Source of the DNA: Elusimicrobiota bacterium
Lineage (GTDB): Bacteria; Elusimicrobiota; Elusimicrobia; FEN-1173
Assembly (NCBI GenBank): GCA_041917295.1
Contig: JAYRXX010000073.1
Coordinates: forward strand, 15,244-79,243
Reading direction: 5' to 3'
Length of the DNA stretch: 64,000 bases
The position numbers were made by a program, and so were the translations under genes. This document shows positions 1-9,371 of the stretch, piece by piece (positions within the stretch are counted from its first letter, which is position 1; the number at the start of each line of letters is the position of its first letter). A model generated the notes under the pieces. The model made no database searches. It saw only the letters and a program-made list of their open reading frames with translations, and had not been told where the DNA came from.

Positions 1-833
1 TGGGCCCACGCCCAGGTGAACTCGGCGCCCAATAAAAAAATTTGGGCGGTAAAATAGACCCAGATCAGCACCAGCATCACCGACGTGGCGGCGCCGAATA
101 TGGACCAAAATTGCACGCGGCTAAAGTAGATGCCCAAACCGAACGCCCCGATCGTTACCAACACCGACGTGGCAAAAGCGCCCACCCACACATCGCGCCA
201 ACGCAACTTTAGCGCCGGAAGAAATTTATAAACCAGGCTCCAAAAGAGCATCAACGATCCCAAAAAAAGGGATAGGTTTACGGCCCGCCAAAAAGGGATT
301 TGTTCGAGAAACGGCGCGTAGGGATCCAGAAATCCCCGGGCCATGCCTAATCCGGCGTTGAGCAGAGCAAACAGCCCCACCAACAGCCCGACACCCATCA
401 CCATGGCAAAAGAAATCATTCTGTCAGCCAAAGCCCCGCGCACGCCTCCGGCCGATGGACAATCCCACACCAGATTCAACGCGCGCCTCAAATTACTAAA
501 AATGATCGATGCCACCCACACCAAAATCCCCACGCTAACCGTTGTTGCGCCGCGAAAACTCTTTTTCGACGCTTGCTCGATCAATGTTTCAAGCGGACGG
601 GAGATGTTGGATCCCATCACGCCTTCCAGGACCGGAGCCAATTTTTTCATGGAGGCGGCGGGGCCGAGTATTTTCCCGCTCAACGCCAACGCCAAAATAA
701 ACAGGGGAACCAACGAAATGATTGTGTAGTAGGCCAACCCCGCGGCGATCAGAGAACAATGGTCTTCCCGCCAATGCCGAAGTGTGGCCCGGGCCAATCG
801 GCCAGCCGATCGGAGAAAGGAATGCCCTTTCAC
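1..833 (-). CDS. yihY: YihY/BrkB family inner-membrane protein. Partial: the C-terminus runs off the window start. Not in the ORF track because no stop lies inside the window.
   Basis: Manual reverse-complement translation of 1-833 gives an uninterrupted frame: VKGHSFLRSAGRLARATLRHWREDHCSLIAAGLAYYTIISLVPLFILALALSG...IFLLGAEFTWAWA. The AAGLAYYT and LGAEFT motifs are typical of YihY. A GTG start at 833-831 overlaps the tyrS stop as GTGA. Confidence 0.7.
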   Translation of the reverse strand, partial: MKGHSFLRSAGRLARATLRHWREDHCSLIAAGLAYYTIISLVPLFILALALSGKILGPAASMKKLAPVLEGVMGSNISRPLETLIEQASKKSFRGATTVSVGILVWVASIIFSNLRRALNLVWDCPSAGGVRGALADRMISFAMVMGVGLLVGLFALLNAGLGMARGFLDPYAPFLEQIPFWRAVNLSLFLGSLMLFWSLVYKFLPALKLRWRDVWVGAFATSVLVTIGAFGLGIYFSRVQFWSIFGAATSVMLVLIWVYFTAQIFLLGAEFTWAWA

Positions 834-2074
834 AGAACCGGGGGCATCAGCCGCCGAAACTGCCGTTTACCAACTTTGAGCAGAAGAGGGGAATGAACCG
901 CCACCTCTCTGTCTTCGACGATCCGTTCGCCGGCCAGATCGACGGCCTTTTGTTGGATCAACCGCCGGGCCTCGTTTTTAGACGGAGCCATTTTTGATTC
1001 CACCAAAATATCCGATACCCGCATCGGGGATTTTGACACGATGTGATCGGCCACGTCCTGGGGCGTTTCCCGGTTCGAAAAAACCCGCTCAAAGCCCATT
1101 CGGGCCGCCCGCCCAGCCTCTTCTCCATGAAAGCGCGCCGTCAGGAGTTCACCCAACTTTTTTTTGGCTTCCATGGGATGGCCCGCTTTCAAAATCCCCA
1201 CGTCTTCCCGGGTCAACAGGGTGTAAAATTTCCACATCATGTCGTCGGACAACGACAAAACCTTGCCGAACAGGTCGTTCGGCGCGTCGTTGAGAGAAAT
1301 GGCGTTTCCGTAGGATTTGGACATTTTCCGAACCCCGTCGGTACCTTCCAACAGCGGAAACGTAAGCACCACCTGCACCGGTTGGGCAAAATCTTTTTGG
1401 ATCTCCCGCCCCATCAACAAATTAAACAGTTGGTCGGTTCCGCCGATTTCCACGTCCGCTTTCACCGCCACGGAATCGTAGCCTTGCATCAGTGGATAGA
1501 GCAACTCCAACAAGGAGATGGGGGTTTTGGACGCGAGACGTTTTTGAAAATCGTCCCGCTCGGTCAATTGTTGAACCGTGTGCCGCGCCATAAGCCCCAA
1601 CAAACGCCGCGCGGGATCCGAATCGGTGTTGGCGAACAACGGCGTAAGCCATTCCGAGTTCCAGCGGACCTCCGTCCGCTTTTCGTCCAACACCTTGAAC
1701 ACCTGTGCCAGATAAGTCTGGGCGTTGGCCGCCACCGCCTCGGCGGACAGAGGCGGCCGGGTTTCCGAACGGCCCGAGGGATCGCCCACCCGGGCCGTGT
1801 AATCGCCAACGATCAACACCGCCGTGTGCCCCGCTTCTTGAAATGCCCTCAAGGCGTTCAGGGGAACCGTGTGGCCCAAATGGAGATCGGGGGAGGTGGG
1901 GTCCACGCCGTATTTCACGCGCAACGGGCGGCCCAACGCCAGCTTTTCCGCCAGGGCCGCCCGGGAAAAAACCTGCACGGTTCCCCGCACCAATCCGTCC
2001 ACGTCCGGCGCGGGAATCAACTGGGTTTCTCCCGAAACCGTTCCGGCAAAAAGGGCGCTCCCAAGGGATCCCAT
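830..2074 (-). CDS. tyrS: Tyrosine--tRNA ligase. ATG at 2074; an alternative TTG at 2020 would abut the upstream gene.
   Basis: HLGH and KMSKS class-I motifs, plus a C-terminal S4 domain. The ORF-track entry 830..2671 is an artefactual N-terminal extension. Confidence 0.88.
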   Translation of the reverse strand: MGSLGSALFAGTVSGETQLIPAPDVDGLVRGTVQVFSRAALAEKLALGRPLRVKYGVDPTSPDLHLGHTVPLNALRAFQEAGHTAVLIVGDYTARVGDPSGRSETRPPLSAEAVAANAQTYLAQVFKVLDEKRTEVRWNSEWLTPLFANTDSDPARRLLGLMARHTVQQLTERDDFQKRLASKTPISLLELLYPLMQGYDSVAVKADVEIGGTDQLFNLLMGREIQKDFAQPVQVVLTFPLLEGTDGVRKMSKSYGNAISLNDAPNDLFGKVLSLSDDMMWKFYTLLTREDVGILKAGHPMEAKKKLGELLTARFHGEEAGRAARMGFERVFSNRETPQDVADHIVSKSPMRVSDILVESKMAPSKNEARRLIQQKAVDLAGERIVEDREVAVHSPLLLKVGKRQFRRLMPPVL

Positions 2075-3138
2075 CGGCCGGCCAAAATGCCGTCGGCCAT
2101 ATAGCGGCCGGTGAACGCCGACAACAAGATGCCGCTTTTGTAATGTCCGCTGGCGATAAACAAATTGTCGTAATCCCACAGCCGGCCCATCAACGGTCCC
2201 CCATCGGGCGTGCCGGGGCGCAACCCCGCTTGAAAATCCACCACGGGCAAGTCCCGCAACCCCGGGCACCAACGGGTGGCCCAATCGGCCAAGAAACGCT
2301 GTGCGTCCAAGGTCGGACGGGTGTCGTAGCCCGCCCGTTCGTAGGTGGTGCCCACCACCAAACGCCCATCGGACCGGGGAATCAAATAGCCGGCCCCCGC
2401 ATACACCGGACCCCGAAACGCGCGCGGCACGCCCGCCAACACCATCAACTGACCTTTGACCGGTTCCAACGGAATCGAAATCCGAAGCGCGTCCAACACT
2501 CTTGGCGTCCAGGCGCCGGCCGCCAAAACAACCTGATCGGCCAGGAGAGTTTCTTCCCCGGTGCGCACACCCGACACCCGACGCCGTTCCCGCAAAAATT
2601 CCAGGCTCGACGCTTGATCCAAAAATCGAACCCCTTTGCGCCGTGACGCTTCCGCCAACCCCAACGTCCATAAACCGCTGTCGATGTGGGCGTCCCCTGG
2701 GAAATAGGCGGCGCCGATGTTTTCGCCCAACCCCGGATGAACGTCTTTGAGCGCGGCCGGTTCAAGCCATTCCACCGCCAACGACCTCTCCTGTTGCCAG
2801 CGCATCTTACCCAACAGCCGGTCTTTTCCTTCCTGTGTGGATGCGGCCGCCCACACACCCGTCGGTTCAAACTCCGGATCAATTCCTGACAACTCTCGAA
2901 CCTCCTCCACCTGCTGAGGAAACAGCGCCGCGCTCGCCCGACCCAGGTCAAACAAGGGCCCCGGTTCGTCCGCGTCGGCTTGGACGGCCAAGATCCCCGC
3001 CGTCAAGGCCGCCGCTTCGCCGCCGATGGGCCCTTTTTGAACCACCATCACCTTGGCGCCTTTTTTGGCCGATTGAAACGCCACCGAACAACCGATGACC
3101 CCGCCGCCCACCACAAGCAAATCGTAGGAATGGTTCAC
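2017..3138 (-). CDS. thiO: FAD-dependent glycine oxidase (ThiO-like) / D-amino-acid oxidase family
   Basis: N-terminal VVGGGVIGCSVA dinucleotide-binding motif. The C-terminal GHYKSGILLSAFTG is typical of the ThiO/DAO family. Confidence 0.7.
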   Translation of the reverse strand: MNHSYDLLVVGGGVIGCSVAFQSAKKGAKVMVVQKGPIGGEAAALTAGILAVQADADEPGPLFDLGRASAALFPQQVEEVRELSGIDPEFEPTGVWAAASTQEGKDRLLGKMRWQQERSLAVEWLEPAALKDVHPGLGENIGAAYFPGDAHIDSGLWTLGLAEASRRKGVRFLDQASSLEFLRERRRVSGVRTGEETLLADQVVLAAGAWTPRVLDALRISIPLEPVKGQLMVLAGVPRAFRGPVYAGAGYLIPRSDGRLVVGTTYERAGYDTRPTLDAQRFLADWATRWCPGLRDLPVVDFQAGLRPGTPDGGPLMGRLWDYDNLFIASGHYKSGILLSAFTGRYMADGILAGRWDPLGAPFLPERFREKPS

Positions 3139-4247
3139 GCCGACCGCCCTTTCATGCCAACGGGCACGGCCGCGTGCAGAACGCCGCCCCCAATCACACG
3201 GTCCCCGTCGTAAAACACCGCCGCCTGGCCGGGCGTGACGGCCCGTTGAATCTCATCGAATTCGATGCGCGCCCCCACGGCATCGGCCGACACCCAGGCC
3301 ATCGCGTTGGACGGGCGGGACCGGATTTGAACCGAGACGCGCACCGGTTGCGTCGGCGGCGTCCCCGACGACCACACCGTTTCGCGCACCTGGGCCTGGG
3401 GCGATCCGGTTTCTTCATCTTCCCCCACATACACCGTGTTGGTATGGGCGTCCAGGTCCACCACATACGCCGGTTTGCCCAACGCGACGCCCAACCCGCT
3501 TCGTTGCCCGCGGGTGTAATAGGCCACGCCTTTGTGTTCGCCCACAATTCGCCCGTCAAGACTTTTGATCGGACCCGGTTGGAGAGTAATCGACGAACGG
3601 CCCTCTTCTTGCGCGCGAAATTGAATGTAGCCCGCCGTGTCGGCGTTGGGGACAAAACAGATTTCCATGCTTTCGTCTTTCTCGGCAATTTTTAAGTTGA
3701 ACCGACGCGCCGCGTCGCGCACCTGGGGTTTGGTCATCTCTCCGATGGGAAACATCAACCGCGCCAACTCGGCTTGGCCCAAATGATACAGCACGTAGGA
3801 TTGATCTTTGTGGCGGTCGACAGCGCGAGCCAGGTACCGCACCGTTCGGCCGTTTTCTGACCGGGTTTCGATCCGGGCGTAGTGGCCCGTGGCCACCGCG
3901 TCCGCTCCCAAAGCCACGGCTTTCTTGAGCAAGGCGTCGAATTTCACGAACCGGTTGCAGGCAATGCAGGGGTTGGGAGTTTGTCCGTCCAGGTAGGCGC
4001 CCACAAAAGGGTCCATGATGTTTTTCTGGAACGTGTCGGAAAAATCCATCACGTAATGGGGCACGCCCAACGCGGCGCACACCGCCCGGGCGTCGGTGAT
4101 GTCCCGGGTGGAACCGCAACAACCGAACCCCGTTTCCACCTTCAACAGTTTCAGCGTCACGCCGATGACACGATGGCCGGCCTCTTTGAGAAGGGCGGCC
4201 GCCGCCGACGAATCCACGCCCCCGGACATGGCCACGACCACGTTCAT
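3135..4247 (-). CDS. mnmA: tRNA-specific 2-thiouridylase MnmA
   Basis: SGGVDSS PP-loop and conserved CxxC/NPC motifs. Start MNVVVAMSGGVDSS at 4247; the ORF track over-extends to 4427. Confidence 0.9.
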   Translation of the reverse strand: MNVVVAMSGGVDSSAAAALLKEAGHRVIGVTLKLLKVETGFGCCGSTRDITDARAVCAALGVPHYVMDFSDTFQKNIMDPFVGAYLDGQTPNPCIACNRFVKFDALLKKAVALGADAVATGHYARIETRSENGRTVRYLARAVDRHKDQSYVLYHLGQAELARLMFPIGEMTKPQVRDAARRFNLKIAEKDESMEICFVPNADTAGYIQFRAQEEGRSSITLQPGPIKSLDGRIVGEHKGVAYYTRGQRSGLGVALGKPAYVVDLDAHTNTVYVGEDEETGSPQAQVRETVWSSGTPPTQPVRVSVQIRSRPSNAMAWVSADAVGARIEFDEIQRAVTPGQAAVFYDGDRVIGGGVLHAAVPVGMKGRSA

Positions 4248-4597
4248 AATTTTTCCAAAGCGGATTTCAAGGCTTGTTCCGCCAACACCGAACAATGCAT
4301 TTTGATGGGCGGCAACCCGCCCAACGCCTCGGCCACGTTCATGTTGGTGATCAAGCGCAACTCCGCCGCCGTTTTTCCGATCACCATTTCTGTCAAAACC
4401 GAAGACGCGGCGATGGCCGCGCCGCACCCGAACGTTTTAAACGTCGCCCGGGAAACGCGGCCGTTGGTGAACTTCAAATACAACCGAAAAATGTCGCCGC
4501 AAGAAGGACTCGCGGCCGTGCCCACCGCGTCCGCGTCGGGCAAGTCGCCGACGTTGCGGGGATTTTGAAAATGGTCCATCACTTTCGCCGAATACAT
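4244..4597 (-). CDS. iscU: Fe-S cluster scaffold protein IscU/NifU N-terminal domain
   Basis: MYSAKVMDHFQNPRNVGDL...SPSCGD...GCGAAIASS conserved cysteines. The start codon overlaps the nifS stop (TAATG). Confidence 0.85.
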   Translation of the reverse strand: MYSAKVMDHFQNPRNVGDLPDADAVGTAASPSCGDIFRLYLKFTNGRVSRATFKTFGCGAAIAASSVLTEMVIGKTAAELRLITNMNVAEALGGLPPIKMHCSVLAEQALKSALEKL

Positions 4598-5817
4598 TAC
4601 ACCCCGGCCTTTTGACGATCTTCCCAAATGGGAGACAACGAACGAAGCCGATCCACCGCGCGGGGAATAATGTCCAGAGCGGCGTCGATGTCGGCCTCCG
4701 TGTTGAAATGGCCCAGAGAAAAACGCACGCTTCCGTGAATGCGATCGGACGGGACACCGATGGCTTTCAACACGTGGGACGGCTCGAGCATCCCCGACGC
4801 GCACGCCGACCCCGTTGAAATTTCCACCCCCGGCAACGTATCGCTCTTAAGCGTAAACCCCGCCTGGTCCAAGGCCAACACCAGGGATTCCCCCTCCACC
4901 GCATCGAAAGTCAAATTCGTGGTGTTCCCCAACCGTTCGGACGGATGGCCGTTGACGAACGAGCAAGGGATCCGCTCCAAAAGCCCTTTTTCCAATCTGT
5001 CCCGAAGGGCTCTCACGCGGGGTTCTTCCGTCGCCATTTCGTTGTGAGCCAGACCGCAAGCCGCGCCCAGGCCCACCGCTCCCGGGACATTTTCGGTCCC
5101 CGCGCGGCGATTTTTTTCGTGAGCGCCCCCATGCAACAGGGCGTGAAGTTGAACCCCCCGACGAATGTAGAGGGCGCCGATTCCTTTGGGGCCATAGAGT
5201 TTATGTCCGGAAAGGGCGGCGAGATCCACGGGCCATCCTTGCAGGTCCAGGGGGACCTTGCCCGCCGATTGAACGGCGTCGGTGTGGAACAGCACGCCGG
5301 CGTTGCGGCACACCGCGCCCAGTTCCTGTATCGGCTCAATGGTTCCGATCTCGTTGTTGGCGGTCATGACGGACACCAGCAACGTGTCCGGCCGAAGAAC
5401 CGCGCGCAAATCGTCCGGGGACACCCGCCCGTACCGGTCCACGGGCAGATACGTCACCGTGAACCCATGTTCTTTTTCCAAATAGTCGCAGGCGTGAAGA
5501 ACGGCGTGGTGCTCCACGGCGCTCGTAATCAAATGGCGTCCCTTGTCGCGGTGGGCGAAGGCGGCGCCAATAATGGCCATGTTGTCCGCTTCGGTTCCGC
5601 AAGAGGTGAAAACAATTTCGCTCGGGTCCGCCGCGCCCACAAGCGCCGCCACCTGTTCTCGGGCGCGCTCCATCGCGGCGTGGGCCTGTTGCCCAAGCGT
5701 GTGAAGGCTGGACGGATTGCCGAACCCACCGTCCGGAGCCAAAAAGGGCTTCATGGCCTCAAACACCTCCGCCCGAACCGGCGTGGTGGCGTTGTTATCG
5801 AAATATATGGGTTTCAT
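4597..5817 (-). CDS. nifS: Cysteine desulfurase (NifS/IscS class V aminotransferase). An alternative ATG lies at 5838.
   Basis: IYFDNNATTP N-terminus, SGHKLYGPKGIGALY PLP-lysine region, and the C-terminal active-Cys loop GSACASG. Confidence 0.9.
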   Translation of the reverse strand: MKPIYFDNNATTPVRAEVFEAMKPFLAPDGGFGNPSSLHTLGQQAHAAMERAREQVAALVGAADPSEIVFTSCGTEADNMAIIGAAFAHRDKGRHLITSAVEHHAVLHACDYLEKEHGFTVTYLPVDRYGRVSPDDLRAVLRPDTLLVSVMTANNEIGTIEPIQELGAVCRNAGVLFHTDAVQSAGKVPLDLQGWPVDLAALSGHKLYGPKGIGALYIRRGVQLHALLHGGAHEKNRRAGTENVPGAVGLGAACGLAHNEMATEEPRVRALRDRLEKGLLERIPCSFVNGHPSERLGNTTNLTFDAVEGESLVLALDQAGFTLKSDTLPGVEISTGSACASGMLEPSHVLKAIGVPSDRIHGSVRFSLGHFNTEADIDAALDIIPRAVDRLRSLSPIWEDRQKAGV

Positions 5818-5888
5818 AGGTCGCGGGAATTTTACCATTTATCGACGGGCTAAGGCGTGTTCCAGGCCCCCGCAAAAAATGGGGGTGA

Positions 5889-8800
5889 TTATTCGGCGAC
5901 AGAAAAATAACGGGCCTGGGGGTGATGGAAAACCAGGGCGGACACGCTGGCTTCGGGTTCCATCATGTCGTTTTCGGTCAAATTCACTCCGATGCAAGCG
6001 GGGTCCAACAGACGAAACAGTTTGCGCTGATCTTCCAGGTTCGGACAGGCGGGGTATCCGAAACTCACCCGCACGCCCCGGTACTTGGTTTGAAATTTGT
6101 CGGACATCGTGAGGGCCGGCCCGTCCGGAAAACCCCACATGGCGCGGAGACGTTCGTGCAACAATTCCGCGAACGCTTCCGCCGATTCGATGGCCACCGC
6201 TTGAACCACATGGGATTTAAGATAATCGCCCTTCTCCCGCCAATCCCGGGACAGTTCCAAGATCCCCTGGCCGCAGGTCACAACAAAAAACGCCACGAAA
6301 TCTTTTTTCCCGCTGGCCGCCGGCCGCACGAAATCGGCCAGGCACAACCCTTCCCCCGCGGACTGGCGAGGAAACGTAAAGTCCGCCGTGGGGTTTGTTT
6401 GGCCGAGGGTTTCATACACCCGGAGCGTCTCGGCCTCGCTGTCGGCGCAAAAAAATCGCCAGACCGCCCGGGGTTTGATCAATCCCCGGGCCAAAATGTC
6501 CCCCTGCAGGTCCGTGACGGCCCGGTGAAGTTTGACCGCTTTTTCGTCGCCGGCGTCCAACTGTTTTTGGAGCGTGCCGCGCAGGCCCAAATGTTTTCCG
6601 TACAACATCACCGGATTGATGTAGCGGAAAATATCTTCCACCCGCGCGTCGTCCCACACATGGGGTTTCAAATCCGGCGGCAAGGGGGAGTCCGCGTCGT
6701 GCCCGATAACCGCCCGCGCCGCGTCGGACACGCGCCGAGCGGCCGGCGCGGCCCGCAGTTCGGATTGACGGGTCCGGTTGGCGTCCACCAACTTTTCCCG
6801 GGACCCCTTTTCCATCAGCCGGTTGGCCATGTCGAGACCCGCCATGGCGTCTTTGGCGTAAAAAACGTCCCCCCCGTAAGCCGGAGAAATTTTGGTGGAC
6901 GTAAACTTTTCCGACAGGGCCGCTCCCCCCACCAACACCGGAACCCGCACCCCCGCGACCTTCATGTCCTCGGCGGTGGCCACCATCTGCTGGGCCGATT
7001 TCACCAACAGGCCCGACAGCCCCACCATATCGGGCCGGTGTTCTTGGACCGCCCGAATCAAATCTTCCGGCGGACATTTGATGCCCAAATCGATGACGCG
7101 AAACCCGTTGTTTTTGAGAATGATGTGGACGAGGTTTTTTCCGATGTCATGGACGTCGCCTTTGACCGTGGCCAACACCATCGTGCCCCGGGCGGCCGCG
7201 TCGGCCTTGCTCATGTGGGGTTCCAGATGGGCCACCGCCGCTTTCATCACCTCGGCCGATTGAAGCACTTCCGCCACAATCATTTCGTTTTTGGCGAACA
7301 GGCGGCCCACCGTGTCCATTCCTTTCATCAACGGCCCGTTCACGATGGCCAAGGGGGCCATTCGGCGCTCTCCTTCCAAAAGCGAGTCGAGATCAGCGAA
7401 CAGTCCCTCCTTGGACCCGTCCACAACATTTTGAGCGATTCGTTCTTCCGGTGTGGCATGTCGAACGGGCGCTGTTTTTTGGACGGCCGATTTGCCCCGG
7501 AAATGGGCGGTGAACCGTTCCACCGCGCCTTTCGAGTCCTCAGGCGAGGCGAACAAAACCGACCGGGCCAGTTCAATTTCGGGGGCCGGAATCGAGGCGT
7601 ATCGCGCCAATTTTTCCGCGTTCACAATGGCGAAATCCAAACCCGCTTGAACACAATCGTGCAGAAACACGGCGTTCATCACCTCCCGGCCCGCTTCCGG
7701 CAACCCGAACGACACGTTGCTGACGCCCAAAATGGTTTTGCACCGGGGGAACGCCGCCTTGATCAACCGAACGCCCTCAATGGTTTCCCGGGCGGACCCG
7801 ATGTAATTTTTGTCCCCCGTGGCCGCCGGAAATACGAGTGGATCAAATACGATGTCTTCGGGGAGCAACCCTCTTTTTTCAACAAGGAGGGCGAACGCCC
7901 TCCGGGCCACGGCGAGTTTGCGATCGCGGGTGACGGCCATGCCCTGGGCTTTGTCTTCGTCGATGCAACCCACCACCACGGCCGCGCCGTAATCGCGAAT
8001 TAACCGGGCCACATGGGCAAACCGCTCTTCCCCATCTTCCAAGTTCACAGAATTGATCACCGATCTGCCCGGGCACAGTTTAAGCGCCGCTTCCATCACC
8101 GCCGGGTCGGTGCTGTCAATCATGAGCGGCGTTTTAACCTTTTTGGTCAAATGCCTCAAAAACGCCTCCATATCGGATTTTTCGTTGCGGTCCGGGTTCG
8201 CCAAACACACATCGATCACGGGCGCGCCGGCCCGGGCCTGTTTTCGGCCAATTTCCGAGGCCTCCTCGAATTGGCCGGCCACGATCATTTCTTTAAACTT
8301 GCGGCTTCCGATCACGTTGGTCCGCTCGCCCACGGCCACGGGCCGCATATCGTCGGTCACCACCAACGGGTCCAATCCGGACAAGGAAAAACGCGCGGGG
8401 ACGGGGGGCCGTCGGGGCTTCTTGCCGTCGGCCATGCGCGCGATCAACCGGATGTGTTCCGGTGTGGTGCCGCAACAACCGCCCAGGAGGTTGACCCAGC
8501 CGTTGTCCACAAACCGTTCCAGTTTGCGGGCGATCATGTCCGGCGTTTCGTTATACCGTCCTTCTTCGTCGGGCAACCCCGCGTTGGGGTAACAGGACAC
8601 ACCCCATCGACAGATTTCCGACAACGTACGAATGTGATCGGCCATGAAATCCGGCCCGGTGGCGCAGTTGATGCCGAACGTGAACAGGTTCCGTTGTTGG
8701 AAAGAATAATAGAGGGCTTCAATGCCTTGCCCGGCCAGGGTGGTGCCCATCATCTCAATGGTGGCCGAAACGCTGACGGGAACCGTTCGCCCGGCATCGG

Positions 8801-9338
8801 CCATGGCCCGGTCCAACCCGATCAAGGCGGCTTTGATGTTCAGGCTGTCTTGGCAGGTTTCCACCAAAAACAGGTCCACGCCGCCGTCCAAAAGGCCGCG
8901 GCCCTGGACTTGAAAATTTTCCACCAACTGATCGAACGTGGCCCCGCCGGTGACAAAAAGGGATTTGGTGGTGGGGCCCACGGACCCCGCCACGAACCGC
9001 GGCTTGTTCGTCGTGGAATGTTTTGCGGCGACGGATTTGGCCAGGCGGGCGGCCGCCAAATTGAGGTCATGGGCCTTGTCGGCCAATCCGTATTCGGCCA
9101 AGACCAGGGGGGTCGACCCGAAACTGTTGGTCTCTATGATGTCGGCCCCCGCCGCCAGATACGATTCATGGACCGCGGCGATGGCTTCCGGTTTGGATAA
9201 AACCAAATGTTCGTTGCACCCTTCCAGAGCCGGCCCGCCGAAATCCGCCGCCGTCAAATTCATCTTTTGAAGGGCGGTGCCCGTGGCGCCGTCCAAAATC
9301 AAAATTTTTTCCCGCACCAATTCGTTGAGCGTGTTCAT
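5889..9338 (-). CDS. metH: Cobalamin-dependent methionine synthase (5-methyltetrahydrofolate--homocysteine methyltransferase). An alternative start lies at 9356.
   Basis: Hcy-binding, pterin-binding, B12-binding (DIGKNLV) and AdoMet-reactivation domains across about 1150 aa. Antisense ORFs inside it are spurious. Confidence 0.93.
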   Translation of the reverse strand: MNTLNELVREKILILDGATGTALQKMNLTAADFGGPALEGCNEHLVLSKPEAIAAVHESYLAAGADIIETNSFGSTPLVLAEYGLADKAHDLNLAAARLAKSVAAKHSTTNKPRFVAGSVGPTTKSLFVTGGATFDQLVENFQVQGRGLLDGGVDLFLVETCQDSLNIKAALIGLDRAMADAGRTVPVSVSATIEMMGTTLAGQGIEALYYSFQQRNLFTFGINCATGPDFMADHIRTLSEICRWGVSCYPNAGLPDEEGRYNETPDMIARKLERFVDNGWVNLLGGCCGTTPEHIRLIARMADGKKPRRPPVPARFSLSGLDPLVVTDDMRPVAVGERTNVIGSRKFKEMIVAGQFEEASEIGRKQARAGAPVIDVCLANPDRNEKSDMEAFLRHLTKKVKTPLMIDSTDPAVMEAALKLCPGRSVINSVNLEDGEERFAHVARLIRDYGAAVVVGCIDEDKAQGMAVTRDRKLAVARRAFALLVEKRGLLPEDIVFDPLVFPAATGDKNYIGSARETIEGVRLIKAAFPRCKTILGVSNVSFGLPEAGREVMNAVFLHDCVQAGLDFAIVNAEKLARYASIPAPEIELARSVLFASPEDSKGAVERFTAHFRGKSAVQKTAPVRHATPEERIAQNVVDGSKEGLFADLDSLLEGERRMAPLAIVNGPLMKGMDTVGRLFAKNEMIVAEVLQSAEVMKAAVAHLEPHMSKADAAARGTMVLATVKGDVHDIGKNLVHIILKNNGFRVIDLGIKCPPEDLIRAVQEHRPDMVGLSGLLVKSAQQMVATAEDMKVAGVRVPVLVGGAALSEKFTSTKISPAYGGDVFYAKDAMAGLDMANRLMEKGSREKLVDANRTRQSELRAAPAARRVSDAARAVIGHDADSPLPPDLKPHVWDDARVEDIFRYINPVMLYGKHLGLRGTLQKQLDAGDEKAVKLHRAVTDLQGDILARGLIKPRAVWRFFCADSEAETLRVYETLGQTNPTADFTFPRQSAGEGLCLADFVRPAASGKKDFVAFFVVTCGQGILELSRDWREKGDYLKSHVVQAVAIESAEAFAELLHERLRAMWGFPDGPALTMSDKFQTKYRGVRVSFGYPACPNLEDQRKLFRLLDPACIGVNLTENDMMEPEASVSALVFHHPQARYFSVAE

Positions 9339-9371
9339 GGGACGGTATGATACCAAACTCCGCTCACCCGT

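Noticed and set aside
343-997. Plus-strand ORFs 343-729, 573-896 and 722-997 at the window start
   Set aside because: They overlap the minus-strand YihY/BrkB frame, which shows conserved family motifs. The plus-strand frames are Pro/Arg-rich and non-homologous.
1043-2646. Plus-strand ORFs antisense to tyrS and the thiO-like gene
   Set aside because: Antisense artefacts of well-supported genes.
5922-9200. Long plus-strand ORFs (5922-8003, 8013-9200) antisense to metH
   Set aside because: High-GC antisense artefacts. The minus-strand frame has unambiguous MetH homology across its whole length.
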